A program made the translations under genes and the position numbers. 64,000 bases of DNA from a virus: the IMG/VR virus record IMGVR_UViG_3300034107_000490, positions 5,422 through 69,421 of that record, one strand, 5' to 3'. Positions 47,713-56,196 of this stretch are shown one piece after another (the stretch's first letter is position 1; every line of letters starts with the position of its first letter). Below the pieces are notes generated by a model, which saw nothing but the letters and a program-made list of their open reading frames with translations, was not told the origin of the DNA and made no database searches.

Positions 47713-48696
47713 TTAAAATTTAAAATCGTCTAAATCTATTTCTTCTTCTTCTGATGCATAGCCGGAAACCGCTTGATCAAAGAAATCTGGTTCGCTGGTT
47801 GTGAATACTTTAACCGTAAACCATTCGTTTCTTTCTTGGTAAAGTTTATCGTCAACCGGATATTTAAAGTCAAGCCCAAGGTCTTTGGATATCACATTGA
47901 AATTGTAATTCAAGAAGTTAATAACCTCTTCTTTTGTCAAGTGGTCAGGAACTCCATTCTCAAAGAACCAGTCAATAAGGTTAAGTTCTGATTGGTACGC
48001 AACCTTAATGTTATCCGTAACCAACTCGATCATGTACTCGTCCCACAGCTGAGGTAATTCTTCTTTTATTATGTTGATTAAATCAATTCCAAAACTGTAG
48101 TGAGTTACTTCCTCAATAGCTGTTGTTTCCTGCAAAGCAGAAATAGTCTTAAGCCCTCTGTTACGATAAGCATACGACATCAAAATATAGAACTGAGTAA
48201 ATAAGCTGCATCGTTCAACCAAGGAAGTAAATAAAACTAACTTCTTTAGTATTCTTTTCTTACCGATAATCTTTGGATCGTTTTCTACGTACTTAGACAA
48301 GTACTCAATTCGACCCCTAAGAGCATCATGTTTCTCTAGATCATCTGTGTCTACGTTTAACAACTCTGTCAACGCATGGTAGCTACGTCTGTGTGTAACC
48401 TCAGACATACCAAATAAACCTCCGACATCCCCAATAATTGTTTGTGGAATCTCCAAGGCTAAACTGCTCCAATAAGTCTTTACCTTATCTTCTACAATAG
48501 AGATAGCAAGGATACATCTACTAACCACTTCCTGGTCCATTGTACCCATTGCGTTAAAGAAGTGTGATACATCAACCTCTTTAATTAATTTTTCATACTT
48601 TGCAGGAGTCCAGAAACCTCTGTACATAATATTCACATATTTATCCAAGTGTTGATACTTTGGATCTATGTGTTTAGTTTTTTCAAAAATGCTCAT
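47713..48696 (-). CDS. nrdB: Ribonucleotide reductase small subunit (ferritin-like di-iron)
   Basis: Two E..H iron ligand motifs (SEVTHRRSYHAL and EEVTHYSFG). Adjacent to nrdA. Confidence 0.7.
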   Translation of the reverse strand: MSIFEKTKHIDPKYQHLDKYVNIMYRGFWTPAKYEKLIKEVDVSHFFNAMGTMDQEVVSRCILAISIVEDKVKTYWSSLALEIPQTIIGDVGGLFGMSEVTHRRSYHALTELLNVDTDDLEKHDALRGRIEYLSKYVENDPKIIGKKRILKKLVLFTSLVERCSLFTQFYILMSYAYRNRGLKTISALQETTAIEEVTHYSFGIDLINIIKEELPQLWDEYMIELVTDNIKVAYQSELNLIDWFFENGVPDHLTKEEVINFLNYNFNVISKDLGLDFKYPVDDKLYQERNEWFTVKVFTTSEPDFFDQAVSGYASEEEEIDLDDFKF

Positions 48697-48713
48697 AATT
48701 ACTATTTTAGATT

Positions 48714-48746
48714 AAAAACCCCCTAACAAAAAGTTGCAAGGGGGCT
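48714..48746 (-). terminator. Intrinsic terminator CCCCCT-loop-AGGGGG preceded by A5 on the plus strand
   Basis: 6-bp G/C stem. The minus-strand RNA is followed by a U-run. Same family as the 61321 terminator. Confidence 0.7.
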
Positions 48747-48783
48747 TCAAAGATAAGTAATCAATTTGGATTACACAAATTTA

Positions 48784-49296
48784 TTATGGTAATTCATCTA
48801 TTAATTCTTCAGTAGACTTATAGTCCTCTGGCTCAGGAGCAAACCTAGATATTTCTTTATCTAAACTTTCTTCATTGTAAGGAAACAAGTCAACGATCGG
48901 AGTAATAGAAACAGCATCAATGTTGAAATCAACCATCATAGTACTCAAACTTTCTTTTGTTCTTTCAGTAGCTTCAGCAACCGAAGAAGCAGTTACCAAG
49001 AAAGTGTTCTTAACTTTTTTAGTTTTTCCGGTATCCTCGTCCTCTGTTCCGTAAGAAATTACTGACTTGTACCATACGTCTGCATCCTCGTAGTGGAAGA
49101 TATCATGGAACTCTGTTCTTGTGATCGATACCACTGTGAACTCACCACGAATAATGTTTCCTAACTCTTCGTAAATTCTTGCCTCAGCATCTGTGAAAGA
49201 CATTGCAGCCAATACGTAAGGCTCTGTTACTCTTTTGAAAGCACCGTTATCTAATTGTTTAGTGTAACGCACTTTAACTGTCATCCAATTGTTCAT
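48784..49296 (-). CDS. Hypothetical protein, 170 aa, acidic C-terminus (SSB-like?)
   Basis: ORF. The acidic C-terminal tail is only suggestive. Confidence 0.35.
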   Translation of the reverse strand: MNNWMTVKVRYTKQLDNGAFKRVTEPYVLAAMSFTDAEARIYEELGNIIRGEFTVVSITRTEFHDIFHYEDADVWYKSVISYGTEDEDTGKTKKVKNTFLVTASSVAEATERTKESLSTMMVDFNIDAVSITPIVDLFPYNEESLDKEISRFAPEPEDYKSTEELIDELP

Positions 49297-49323
49297 TGTT
49301 ATTTGGTTTTTATTGGTTATTAA

Positions 49324-50028
49324 TTATTTTTTAAGTGATTCTAGCATAGCTATCATCTTTGGTTGTGGAGAGATGTCTGACTTATCTCTCCTGTAAGAGT
49401 TGTGTGTATAAACTCCTGGAACTCCTTTTAAGGCATTCGTAGATACATCCCACATATCAGAAGCTTTATAGTCTAAAGATATTCCATAAAGATCTCCCCA
49501 ATACACTAATAGTTGTCTAACTGATTCAATCTGTGCATCAGTATATGCATGGTAATACTTATGTCCTTTGTAAGGCTTATCTAATTCGCATACCTGAGAA
49601 GCAGGAACCTCTCTGTTTACATAGTTAAAGAACTTACTGTTTGTACCTGGTCCTACCCCAACCTTTTCTAGAGGACCCCAATTGCAAATTTCAATACCTA
49701 TTGAAATCTTATCAAGGTTTTGATACGCAATACCTCTTGACCTAAATACATCAGGCTTAATACCTAAGTGATAAGCCCAATATCTAGATGAGAACGCTTG
49801 ACAAATCTCACCATCAAAAGTTCCTTTAGATAAACCACTTCCAGATACTGTAACACACGTTGCAATCCTGCCTCTATCATCGTTATCCCACATATTTATA
49901 ACTGCAGGACCGGATGAGTTGCCTGCTGTGTGGTGCAGTACAATCTGAAACTTATCAGCCTCTTCTTTAATGTACTGAGACTCCTTCATCGGAATCTGTT
50001 TGATCTTGCTTGTGTCTAACTTTTGCAT
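49324..50028 (-). CDS. N-acetylmuramoyl-L-alanine amidase (amidase_2/PGRP-type endolysin)
   Basis: The IVLHHTAG zinc-amidase signature near the N-terminus. Confidence 0.65.
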   Translation of the reverse strand: MQKLDTSKIKQIPMKESQYIKEEADKFQIVLHHTAGNSSGPAVINMWDNDDRGRIATCVTVSGSGLSKGTFDGEICQAFSSRYWAYHLGIKPDVFRSRGIAYQNLDKISIGIEICNWGPLEKVGVGPGTNSKFFNYVNREVPASQVCELDKPYKGHKYYHAYTDAQIESVRQLLVYWGDLYGISLDYKASDMWDVSTNALKGVPGVYTHNSYRRDKSDISPQPKMIAMLESLKK

Positions 50029-50099
50029 TGCTTTTTTCTTTTTCTTTATTAAAATAATCTAACCAATAAGCGATCTTTTCATTTACGCTTTGTGGTTTG

Positions 50100-50576
50100 T
50101 CACTTATTTCCTTCTTCTTTTTCTCCGGCATTGATCAACAATTCTTTAAAATCACTCTCGTGCTTTTCGTTTCTGTACATAGCTTTTGCTCGTATAGTCT
50201 CCATAAAAGGCTGAACTTTGAACATGAAACCTTTGTAATTAATGTACTCATAATGCGCGTAAGGATTTACCTGGATATCAACCTTTACTCCATCAACTAA
50301 TACTTGTTCTTGGAAGTCACAGCCTGAAGGTAAGTCTTTAGATGGTTGTGGTTCTTTACCATCAATCTCTAACAACTCCCACTGAGTAAGAATCAAGTCA
50401 ATATCTGATGCAGTATCAGAAAATCTTTTTAGTCTTACTCCTTGTAAGAATAATGCAGCACTACCACATAAGATAGCATGGTCGAACTTCTCCTGGATCT
50501 TAGCGATCAAACCTATGTTAAGGTTTCTTTCTTCAGCTGTGTTGAAATCAGGGATCTTATTAACTCTTCTTGACAT
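50100..50576 (-). CDS. Minimal nucleotidyltransferase (pol-beta superfamily, MNT-like)
   Basis: GSAALFLQG...SDIDLIL, matching the hG[GS]x9-13[DE]h[DE]h NTase signature. Confidence 0.5.
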   Translation of the reverse strand: MSRRVNKIPDFNTAEERNLNIGLIAKIQEKFDHAILCGSAALFLQGVRLKRFSDTASDIDLILTQWELLEIDGKEPQPSKDLPSGCDFQEQVLVDGVKVDIQVNPYAHYEYINYKGFMFKVQPFMETIRAKAMYRNEKHESDFKELLINAGEKEEGNK

Positions 50577-50589
50577 TTGGTTTGGTTTT

Positions 50590-50620
50590 AAAAAGCCCCC
50601 AACAAAGTTATCGAGGGCTA
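50590..50620 (-). terminator. Intrinsic terminator AGCCC-loop-GGGCT + U-run (minus strand)
   Basis: Stem-loop between the 115-aa and 158-aa genes. Confidence 0.5.
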
Positions 50621-50627
50621 AGGTTTA

Positions 50628-50975
50628 TTAATTGTTTGTGATCGGTTGGATGTCAGCGATTGCGTCTTCCTTATCTAACTCCTCGTTAGAAATTGTTGCT
50701 CCACTATCGATGTTTGCAACGTGTGCTTCCATCAATCGAATTGATAACTTAGCTGTTTGCTCATTCAAGTGACTAGCAACTGAAAGTGTAGCTTGAGCCG
50801 ACTTCTCGATACTTTGTAAAGTCTGTTTTACAAAAGACACAGTGTTAACGAAATCTGCGAACAGTGATCCAGGGATCGTTACTGTAGATTCTTTTGAGTA
50901 ACCACGGTTAGTGTACTCAGGTTGTTCCAACTTCTTCATCAATTCCACGAACTGATCTTTCTTTTCTTCGCTCAT
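50628..50975 (-). CDS. Small helical protein, 115 aa, with an Rx4H motif (HEPN-like?)
   Basis: IRLMEAH in the C-terminal third. Assignment is weak. Confidence 0.35.
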   Translation of the reverse strand: MSEEKKDQFVELMKKLEQPEYTNRGYSKESTVTIPGSLFADFVNTVSFVKQTLQSIEKSAQATLSVASHLNEQTAKLSIRLMEAHVANIDSGATISNEELDKEDAIADIQPITNN

Positions 50976-51035
50976 TTTATTTTGGTTTTTAATTGTGATA
51001 CAAATATAAAGTTAAATAATTAATCTCAAATAATT

Positions 51036-51443
51036 TTAACTTTTATTAACATTCTCTCTGAATTTTAATTCTTTTCTTAATAAATCTAAATGCCAATCTG
51101 CACCACCGTATTCGAGTACTGCCTCGATATGGTCTGTATCCATTTCTGAAATTGGAATCCATTTAAGTGGTTCTTTTCCAGATTTTCCACGTCCACCTCT
51201 TGTTGCGTGAGTTCTAACTATTTCAAATGGATCATCTGCGTAGACTGTTATTACATCTACTTTCTCTAGATCCTTTGCTCCGATTCGAATGTAGTATGTC
51301 CCACCATCAACCGATGCATGGTTATCACAACCACAAACCTTGTAGTCATGCACATGGTAGCTAACCAATGTTTCGTTACACTCTAAACATTTTATAGAGT
51401 TGTAAACTATTTGTTTATCTTCAGTTCCAGTCATCGTTGACAA
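51036..51443 (-). CDS. Zn-binding hypothetical protein, 135 aa
   Basis: CLECN...CGCDNH motif. Confidence 0.4.
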   Translation of the reverse strand: MSTMTGTEDKQIVYNSIKCLECNETLVSYHVHDYKVCGCDNHASVDGGTYYIRIGAKDLEKVDVITVYADDPFEIVRTHATRGGRGKSGKEPLKWIPISEMDTDHIEAVLEYGGADWHLDLLRKELKFRENVNKS

Positions 51444-51557
51444 TATTTTTAATGCGAGTTGCGGTTACAATTATAGTAGCTTTCTTTTTTCTCCTTCTTC
51501 TTTTATTGAAGAGTATTTGATTGGTGTTTCTTTCTCTAAGGTTTTTCCGGTTTTTAT

Positions 51558-51980
51558 TCATGGTTTAAAAATTTGAATTGTTGTTTCTTCTTCTACCAGA
51601 TCAGTGAACTTACCTTTGAATCTTGTTGCCCTTACAATGTGATTATCAACCCAATGATAGTTTCCACCTCTAGGTTTACCCATAAGTAATCCATCGTATT
51701 TAAACCCATGTCTGTCTAACCATTCTTCGGTACACTCACGATGCTCTTCGGTTCTTGATGTGAAGAACGTAATGATATGTCCTTCATCAAACCATTTGGT
51801 TAATGTCTCCAATGCGTCCGGATAAACAGAAGCAGTGGCCATTCTCTCAGGTTCCTCATTAGGGATATCATCACAGATAGTTCCATCGATATCGATCAAG
51901 TAGTTTTTTACTCCTTCAGGAAGGGTAGGGCTTACTGACAAACCATTTTCTTTTTTTGCTTCCATATTACTAGCGTTCAA
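51558..51980 (-). CDS. HAD-superfamily phosphatase (5'-nucleotidase/Pnkp-phosphatase-like)
   Basis: The LIDIDGTI (DxDGT) nucleophile motif, with downstream ...FTSR and GKPRGG. Confidence 0.6.
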   Translation of the reverse strand: MNASNMEAKKENGLSVSPTLPEGVKNYLIDIDGTICDDIPNEEPERMATASVYPDALETLTKWFDEGHIITFFTSRTEEHRECTEEWLDRHGFKYDGLLMGKPRGGNYHWVDNHIVRATRFKGKFTDLVEEETTIQIFKP

Positions 51981-52521
51981 TTCCTAATTCTTTTAAGGTT
52001 ACTGGAGTGTAATTCACATGCTCGCAGGACACGCAATGGTATCTTTCATCTGGGTATTCAAACATCATATCATCAACCCAATTAATAACCATTATTTTAT
52101 GTTCATGTATATGTCCATGGATATTTCTTGGAACTCTGAATTCTAATTCACGATCATGCACCGGACAATGCGTTAACCACATTCCTTTGTACCTAACCAT
52201 ACCTGACACTCCGTTTACATACTTCAGGAGTTCAGGGACATCACTTAGCCTATCATGATTTCCTAACACAACTTTCTTAGCTCCATTCAACTTATTAAGT
52301 AATGGATATGATTTATTGGATTCCATTGATATATCACCAAGTATCCACGTTGTATCTCTTTTATGCACAACCTTATTCCAATTTGAAATAATGTGATTGT
52401 CATGTTCTTCTGCTGAAGCAAACCCTCTTTTTATTGCCATACTCTCATGGCCAAAATGCAAGTCTGCTATAAATCGTACTATGCTCATACTAATCTTCTT
52501 TATCAAACCAATAGAACCCAA
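51970..52521 (-). CDS. Calcineurin-like metallophosphoesterase
   Basis: The DLHFGH, GDI, GNHD and GHIHEH motifs. Confidence 0.7.
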   Translation of the reverse strand: MGSIGLIKKISMSIVRFIADLHFGHESMAIKRGFASAEEHDNHIISNWNKVVHKRDTTWILGDISMESNKSYPLLNKLNGAKKVVLGNHDRLSDVPELLKYVNGVSGMVRYKGMWLTHCPVHDRELEFRVPRNIHGHIHEHKIMVINWVDDMMFEYPDERYHCVSCEHVNYTPVTLKELGIER

Positions 52522-52741
52522 AAAACTTTCTCATAAAGAAACGTTGCAACCAATTTGGTTTATGTTCAATATTAAACTGAACTGAGTATTCTAACTTTTC
52601 TCCTATTCGGTAACCTCCTTTAGGATTTGGGGGACTTACTAAAAGTGCATGAAAATTTAAATTTTTTACAACCCCTAATTCCCCAATTGGCATACCTTCT
52701 AAAAATTGATTTTCCATACTATTTCTTTTTATATTTACCAC
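52490..52741 (-). CDS. Hypothetical protein, 83 aa
   Basis: ORF only. Confidence 0.3.
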   Translation of the reverse strand: MVNIKRNSMENQFLEGMPIGELGVVKNLNFHALLVSPPNPKGGYRIGEKLEYSVQFNIEHKPNWLQRFFMRKFFGFYWFDKED

Positions 52742-52964
52742 AATCTATACATATGTCATAACCAAGAGTTGTACTTGGTATATATGTATGCTTACAAAAT
52801 AATCTTTTAATCTTTTTCCACATTTTCTTTTAGTTTTAAGTTAATAGCTTTTTCTAAATCTTTGAAGCTAAATCTATGCTTTTCAGGATCATTGTTAGGT
52901 CTTGCAATGTAGTTATTCCAAACTTCTACTGCTATTTCATGTGCTGTGTCCATACTATTTCTTT

Positions 52965-53324
52965 TTAAAGTGACCTAACTGCGCGCGTGAAGGAAGTATT
53001 GATCTTATAGAGGTGGCCGGCGTAGACAAACCCATTGGAGAAGTGGAAGTACCAAGCGTTGGTATTATTGAACTCCGAACTACTCCAATATACACCTTCA
53101 GTAATTACTTTGTTATTGTACATGATAAAGCATTCTTCAATTGTTGGTAATCTCCAACCATCACCTAAACTTTTTGCATATGCCACTGCATCATCCCATT
53201 GTAATTTATTATTTGATATAATAGGATGCAATTCAAACTTATAATTACTTTCTACAATTATAGGTTCAATTTTTTTTCTCAATTCTTTAGGAACATATAC
53301 TATTCCATTTATTACTATTTCCAT
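52965..53324 (-). CDS. Hypothetical protein, 119 aa
   Basis: ORF only. Confidence 0.4.
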   Translation of the reverse strand: MEIVINGIVYVPKELRKKIEPIIVESNYKFELHPIISNNKLQWDDAVAYAKSLGDGWRLPTIEECFIMYNNKVITEGVYWSSSEFNNTNAWYFHFSNGFVYAGHLYKINTSFTRAVRSL

Positions 53325-53617
53325 CTTATTTTTTTTTTATTTTCTTCAAACCAAACTCCAAAATTTGCAGTTCTTATTTCACCTTGTGCAGTAACCAATG
53401 AACCACAAAGATTATGGTCGTTATGTGTTAAAGCTTTTATGATTAATTCTCTAACTTCATCGTCTGAATAACTTCTTTTAGCTTGCCATTTAGCACCATT
53501 TATAAAGTCTTGTTTAGCAGAATTTGCTAAGTCATTTGCTTTTACTGGATCAGAGAATGTATTTGTTTTGATTCTCCATCCATAGTTTTCAGCAGCTTCT
53601 TCTAATGTCTCTTTCAT
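53315..53617 (-). CDS. Hypothetical protein, 100 aa
   Basis: ORF only. Shares an AKWQAKRSYSDDE-like segment with the 58033 ORF (FIAGAKYMAERMYSEEE). Confidence 0.4.
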   Translation of the reverse strand: MKETLEEAAENYGWRIKTNTFSDPVKANDLANSAKQDFINGAKWQAKRSYSDDEVRELIIKALTHNDHNLCGSLVTAQGEIRTANFGVWFEENKKKIRWK

Positions 53618-53618
53618 C

Positions 53619-54170
53619 TTATTTCTTTTTAAGTATTAAACAACCATTTTCATCAAGTTTTGGCCTTTCTCTTGTTTCGGAATACCCACAAGTATCTGCA
53701 TGAGCACAATGCCACATTCCTGCTTTTCTACAACCTTCACAATAGCCATATTTTTCCATCTCAATCTCAACCTCTATTTCTGTTGGTTGTTCGAACATCG
53801 GAAGCACTGTTTGTTCAAAGAAATTTCTTAATGTAGTGTTATTTCCTGCTGCATTAATTAGTAATGCTCTATATAAATCCTCAACAGTAAAAAACTTATC
53901 TTTATTAAGTTCCATTGCTTTATTGAAGCCATCAGTGAAAGATTTCTTTGCAATAAATTCAAAAAATTCTTGATTATTATAGTCTCCTCTTTTATTAAAC
54001 CATATTGAGTCGTGTGAATATTCATCACTTAAAGTTTCAACATCTACTACTCTAAATATCTCATCACAGTTTTGTTTGGATAATCTTTTATGTGGTGACT
54101 CTTGAGTTGTAGCTATACAGCTATCATGTGAATAGAGTTTATACTCATCACCTAATTTCATTAGTATCAT
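53619..54170 (-). CDS. Hypothetical Cys-rich protein (about 184 aa; ATG at 54170)
   Basis: ORF track start is TTG 54176. Contains a CEGCRKAGMWHCAHADTCGY cluster. Confidence 0.4.
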   Translation of the reverse strand: MILMKLGDEYKLYSHDSCIATTQESPHKRLSKQNCDEIFRVVDVETLSDEYSHDSIWFNKRGDYNNQEFFEFIAKKSFTDGFNKAMELNKDKFFTVEDLYRALLINAAGNNTTLRNFFEQTVLPMFEQPTEIEVEIEMEKYGYCEGCRKAGMWHCAHADTCGYSETRERPKLDENGCLILKKK

Positions 54171-54180
54171 AGTCAAATTT

Positions 54181-54236
54181 ATTTAATAAAAGAAAGCCAC
54201 CCTTTATAACACGGAATACGGTTCATGAGTGGCTCA
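54181..54236 (-). terminator. Candidate terminator stem-loop (AGCCAC...GUGGCU + UUUCUUUUAUU) at the end of the GC-rich 3' region of the HNH gene
   Basis: Inverted repeat agccac / gtggct, followed on the minus strand by a U-rich run. The 28-nt loop makes it atypical. Confidence 0.35.
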
Positions 54237-54372
54237 ACCCAGGGATTCTATCCAAGGGGATGATTCCGTTAAAGAGCTTTAACATTGGTACTCTCTGCGA
54301 ATAGTTTGCTTTCCTATAACCCTCGATCACGGATATAACGCTCCCATCGAATGTATCCCTGCTATCGTTATC

Positions 54373-54855
54373 TCAGGACACCGGTTTCTTTAGTATGAAG
54401 TGTAATGTACTCTTGCTTGTTATGTTGAAATGATCCATTGTCTTTTTGTAAGACTTACACTCTGAGTAGAAACTTCTTACTTCTTCTTTGTCATATTTCC
54501 TAACGAAAGAAGTAGCGTGCAAGGCTTTGGATATCCTTACATCCTTCGGCATGTCTAACATGTTCTCAGAGTGAGTGCCTATTGTAATATTGTCCCAAGA
54601 ATTATTAACAGAGTTACCATCTAGATGTCTCACTACAATACCATCCTTAAACATATCTTCTCCAAACTTTTTATAGGCCTGAAGTCTATGAGCAAAGATA
54701 TTAACTCTCTTATCGTTGATCCTCATAGAAAATTGTATGTAACCTCTATCATTAGATCCTTTGAGTCTGTTACCTTTGATACCTGTTACATTTCCTTCCT
54801 TGTCAATGTTAAACCCTTTGTCAAAGGCATGTTTTATTTTACTAACTTCTACCAT
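54373..54855 (-). CDS. HNH homing-endonuclease-like protein
   Basis: VRHLDGNSVNNSWDNITIGTHSEN, matching the H-N-N-H core of phage freestanding or intron HNH endonucleases. Confidence 0.65.
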   Translation of the reverse strand: MVEVSKIKHAFDKGFNIDKEGNVTGIKGNRLKGSNDRGYIQFSMRINDKRVNIFAHRLQAYKKFGEDMFKDGIVVRHLDGNSVNNSWDNITIGTHSENMLDMPKDVRISKALHATSFVRKYDKEEVRSFYSECKSYKKTMDHFNITSKSTLHFILKKPVS

Positions 54856-54946
54856 AACATTTATTTTAGTTCCCCCAGGTAGTTCCGAGCTACCAACTGA
54901 CGATGCCTCGTCTGCTTTCTATAAGCTATGGGGAAATTTATATGAG

Positions 54947-55900
54947 TTACTTAATATTTAAGAATGTTCCGGAACCACCTGCCATAGTTTTAGGTAATTG
55001 GCCATCCCATTTCTCAATTTTCTTATACTCAACAAATAATGGTGTTAACTTTTGCTGAGTTAAGTCCATTGCTTTTGCCTTTGCAGATGCATTGATAATT
55101 GTCTCTGCTGAATCAGCTCGTGCAATTGCAATCTTACGTTGACCATCAGCTTGTGCCGCTAACGCTTGTTGTATAGATGCTTCTGCTTGTTGTACTGAGC
55201 GTGTCTTAGCAACGATTGCTTCTTGTAAAGCTTCCGGTGGAACAATGTTAGATCTCATTTGAGATACAATAAACCACTTGGATAACCTCAAGTTACACTC
55301 TGCTACGATTGCAGCCTCAAACCCTTGTCTGTGTCCAAAAATTGAGTCAACTTCCCATGTATTTGCTACGTCATTTACAGCTCCGACAATCGCTGTCTTT
55401 AACCAACCTTGCTCAACATCCTTGATTGGAATTCGAAGGTTTTGGAACATATCTCCTACAGCATTAGGCTTAAGTGCGTAGTTAAAGCTTGGCTTGATGT
55501 CAGCAGGAAATCCTCCTTTTGTGATTACTTGTTGCTGATCAAACTCGATGTGCTGTTGGAATGTAGGAAACTCATACATATTCTCGGTCCATGTGTTGTA
55601 AAGAACCCAACCGGTTTTGTACTCGTATTTGCTAACTCCTCGTGAATCACCAGTTAAGTTAACTTTGATACCTACGTGCCCAGCATCTACACGTTCAATT
55701 GCGAAAGGTTGAATGATTACAATAAGTAACCCTACAATGAAAAGTGCAAGACCTTTTATTAACCAAATTGGTCTGAATTTTTCTGTTGCACTGTCCCATT
55801 TACCAACAGGATCTACTTTTTCATAAGCCTGGTCTTTTGTAGAAAAGAAATAATAAGCAGTTGCTGCTAATGTAACTAAAATTAAAATAGTTGAAATCAT
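54947..55900 (-). CDS. SPFH/band-7 (prohibitin/HflK-like) membrane protein
   Basis: N-terminal TM segment, an SPFH core, and the Ala/Gln-rich coiled-coil QQAEASIQQALAAQADGQRKIAIARADSAE typical of the family. Confidence 0.7.
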   Translation of the reverse strand: MISTILILVTLAATAYYFFSTKDQAYEKVDPVGKWDSATEKFRPIWLIKGLALFIVGLLIVIIQPFAIERVDAGHVGIKVNLTGDSRGVSKYEYKTGWVLYNTWTENMYEFPTFQQHIEFDQQQVITKGGFPADIKPSFNYALKPNAVGDMFQNLRIPIKDVEQGWLKTAIVGAVNDVANTWEVDSIFGHRQGFEAAIVAECNLRLSKWFIVSQMRSNIVPPEALQEAIVAKTRSVQQAEASIQQALAAQADGQRKIAIARADSAETIINASAKAKAMDLTQQKLTPLFVEYKKIEKWDGQLPKTMAGGSGTFLNIK

Positions 55901-56097
55901 TTGTTTTGGTTTTTAAGGTTTAATGATGATGTAAAAATAGAATTTAAAAGTGTTATCACAGCCATTAACAACAGAAATGTTGATAGTAGTTGGAGTGCCC
56001 CATTTAATTCTCGACTGATTACGTACTCTCCGTATAAAGAGAATAAACTCATTATAAGTACGACCTTGATAAAGGATTTTAAAATAAATTTTTTCAT
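55897..56097 (-). CDS. Small two-TM membrane protein (66 aa), translationally coupled to the SPFH gene
   Basis: ATGA start/stop overlap with the SPFH gene. Two hydrophobic helices. Confidence 0.4.
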   Translation of the reverse strand: MKKFILKSFIKVVLIMSLFSLYGEYVISRELNGALQLLSTFLLLMAVITLLNSIFTSSLNLKNQNK

Positions 56098-56170
56098 TTT
56101 TTGGTTTTTAGTATGTCAAAGAACTTGTGTGCAAATTTATGATAATTTTTTTTATCTCCAACTATTTTTC

Positions 56171-56178
56171 TAAGTTTG
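56171..56178 (+). promoter_or_regulatory. -7 promoter box TAAGTTTG for the plus-strand basic-protein gene
   Basis: TAnnTTTG consensus, about 19 nt upstream of ATG 56197. Confidence 0.4.
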
Positions 56179-56196
56179 TTAACAAATTTTAACATC

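Noticed and set aside
54177-54372. tRNA gene or canonical group I intron core in the GC-rich segment
   Set aside because: No acceptor/T-loop (GGTTCGAATCC-like) arrangement. A GACUA is present at the extreme 3' end but without a matching P7 partner (UAGUC), and the neighbouring protein genes appear intact. I kept it only as an unassigned structured element (see findings).
18767-56178. ORF-track start coordinates at 1190, 7799, 9757, 18767, 26211, 54176 and 56176
   Set aside because: These are TTG/GTG codons rendered as M by the ORF caller. Nearby in-frame ATGs (1196, 7814, 9775, 18779, 26223, 54170, 56197) with promoter boxes or coupling are more plausible starts.
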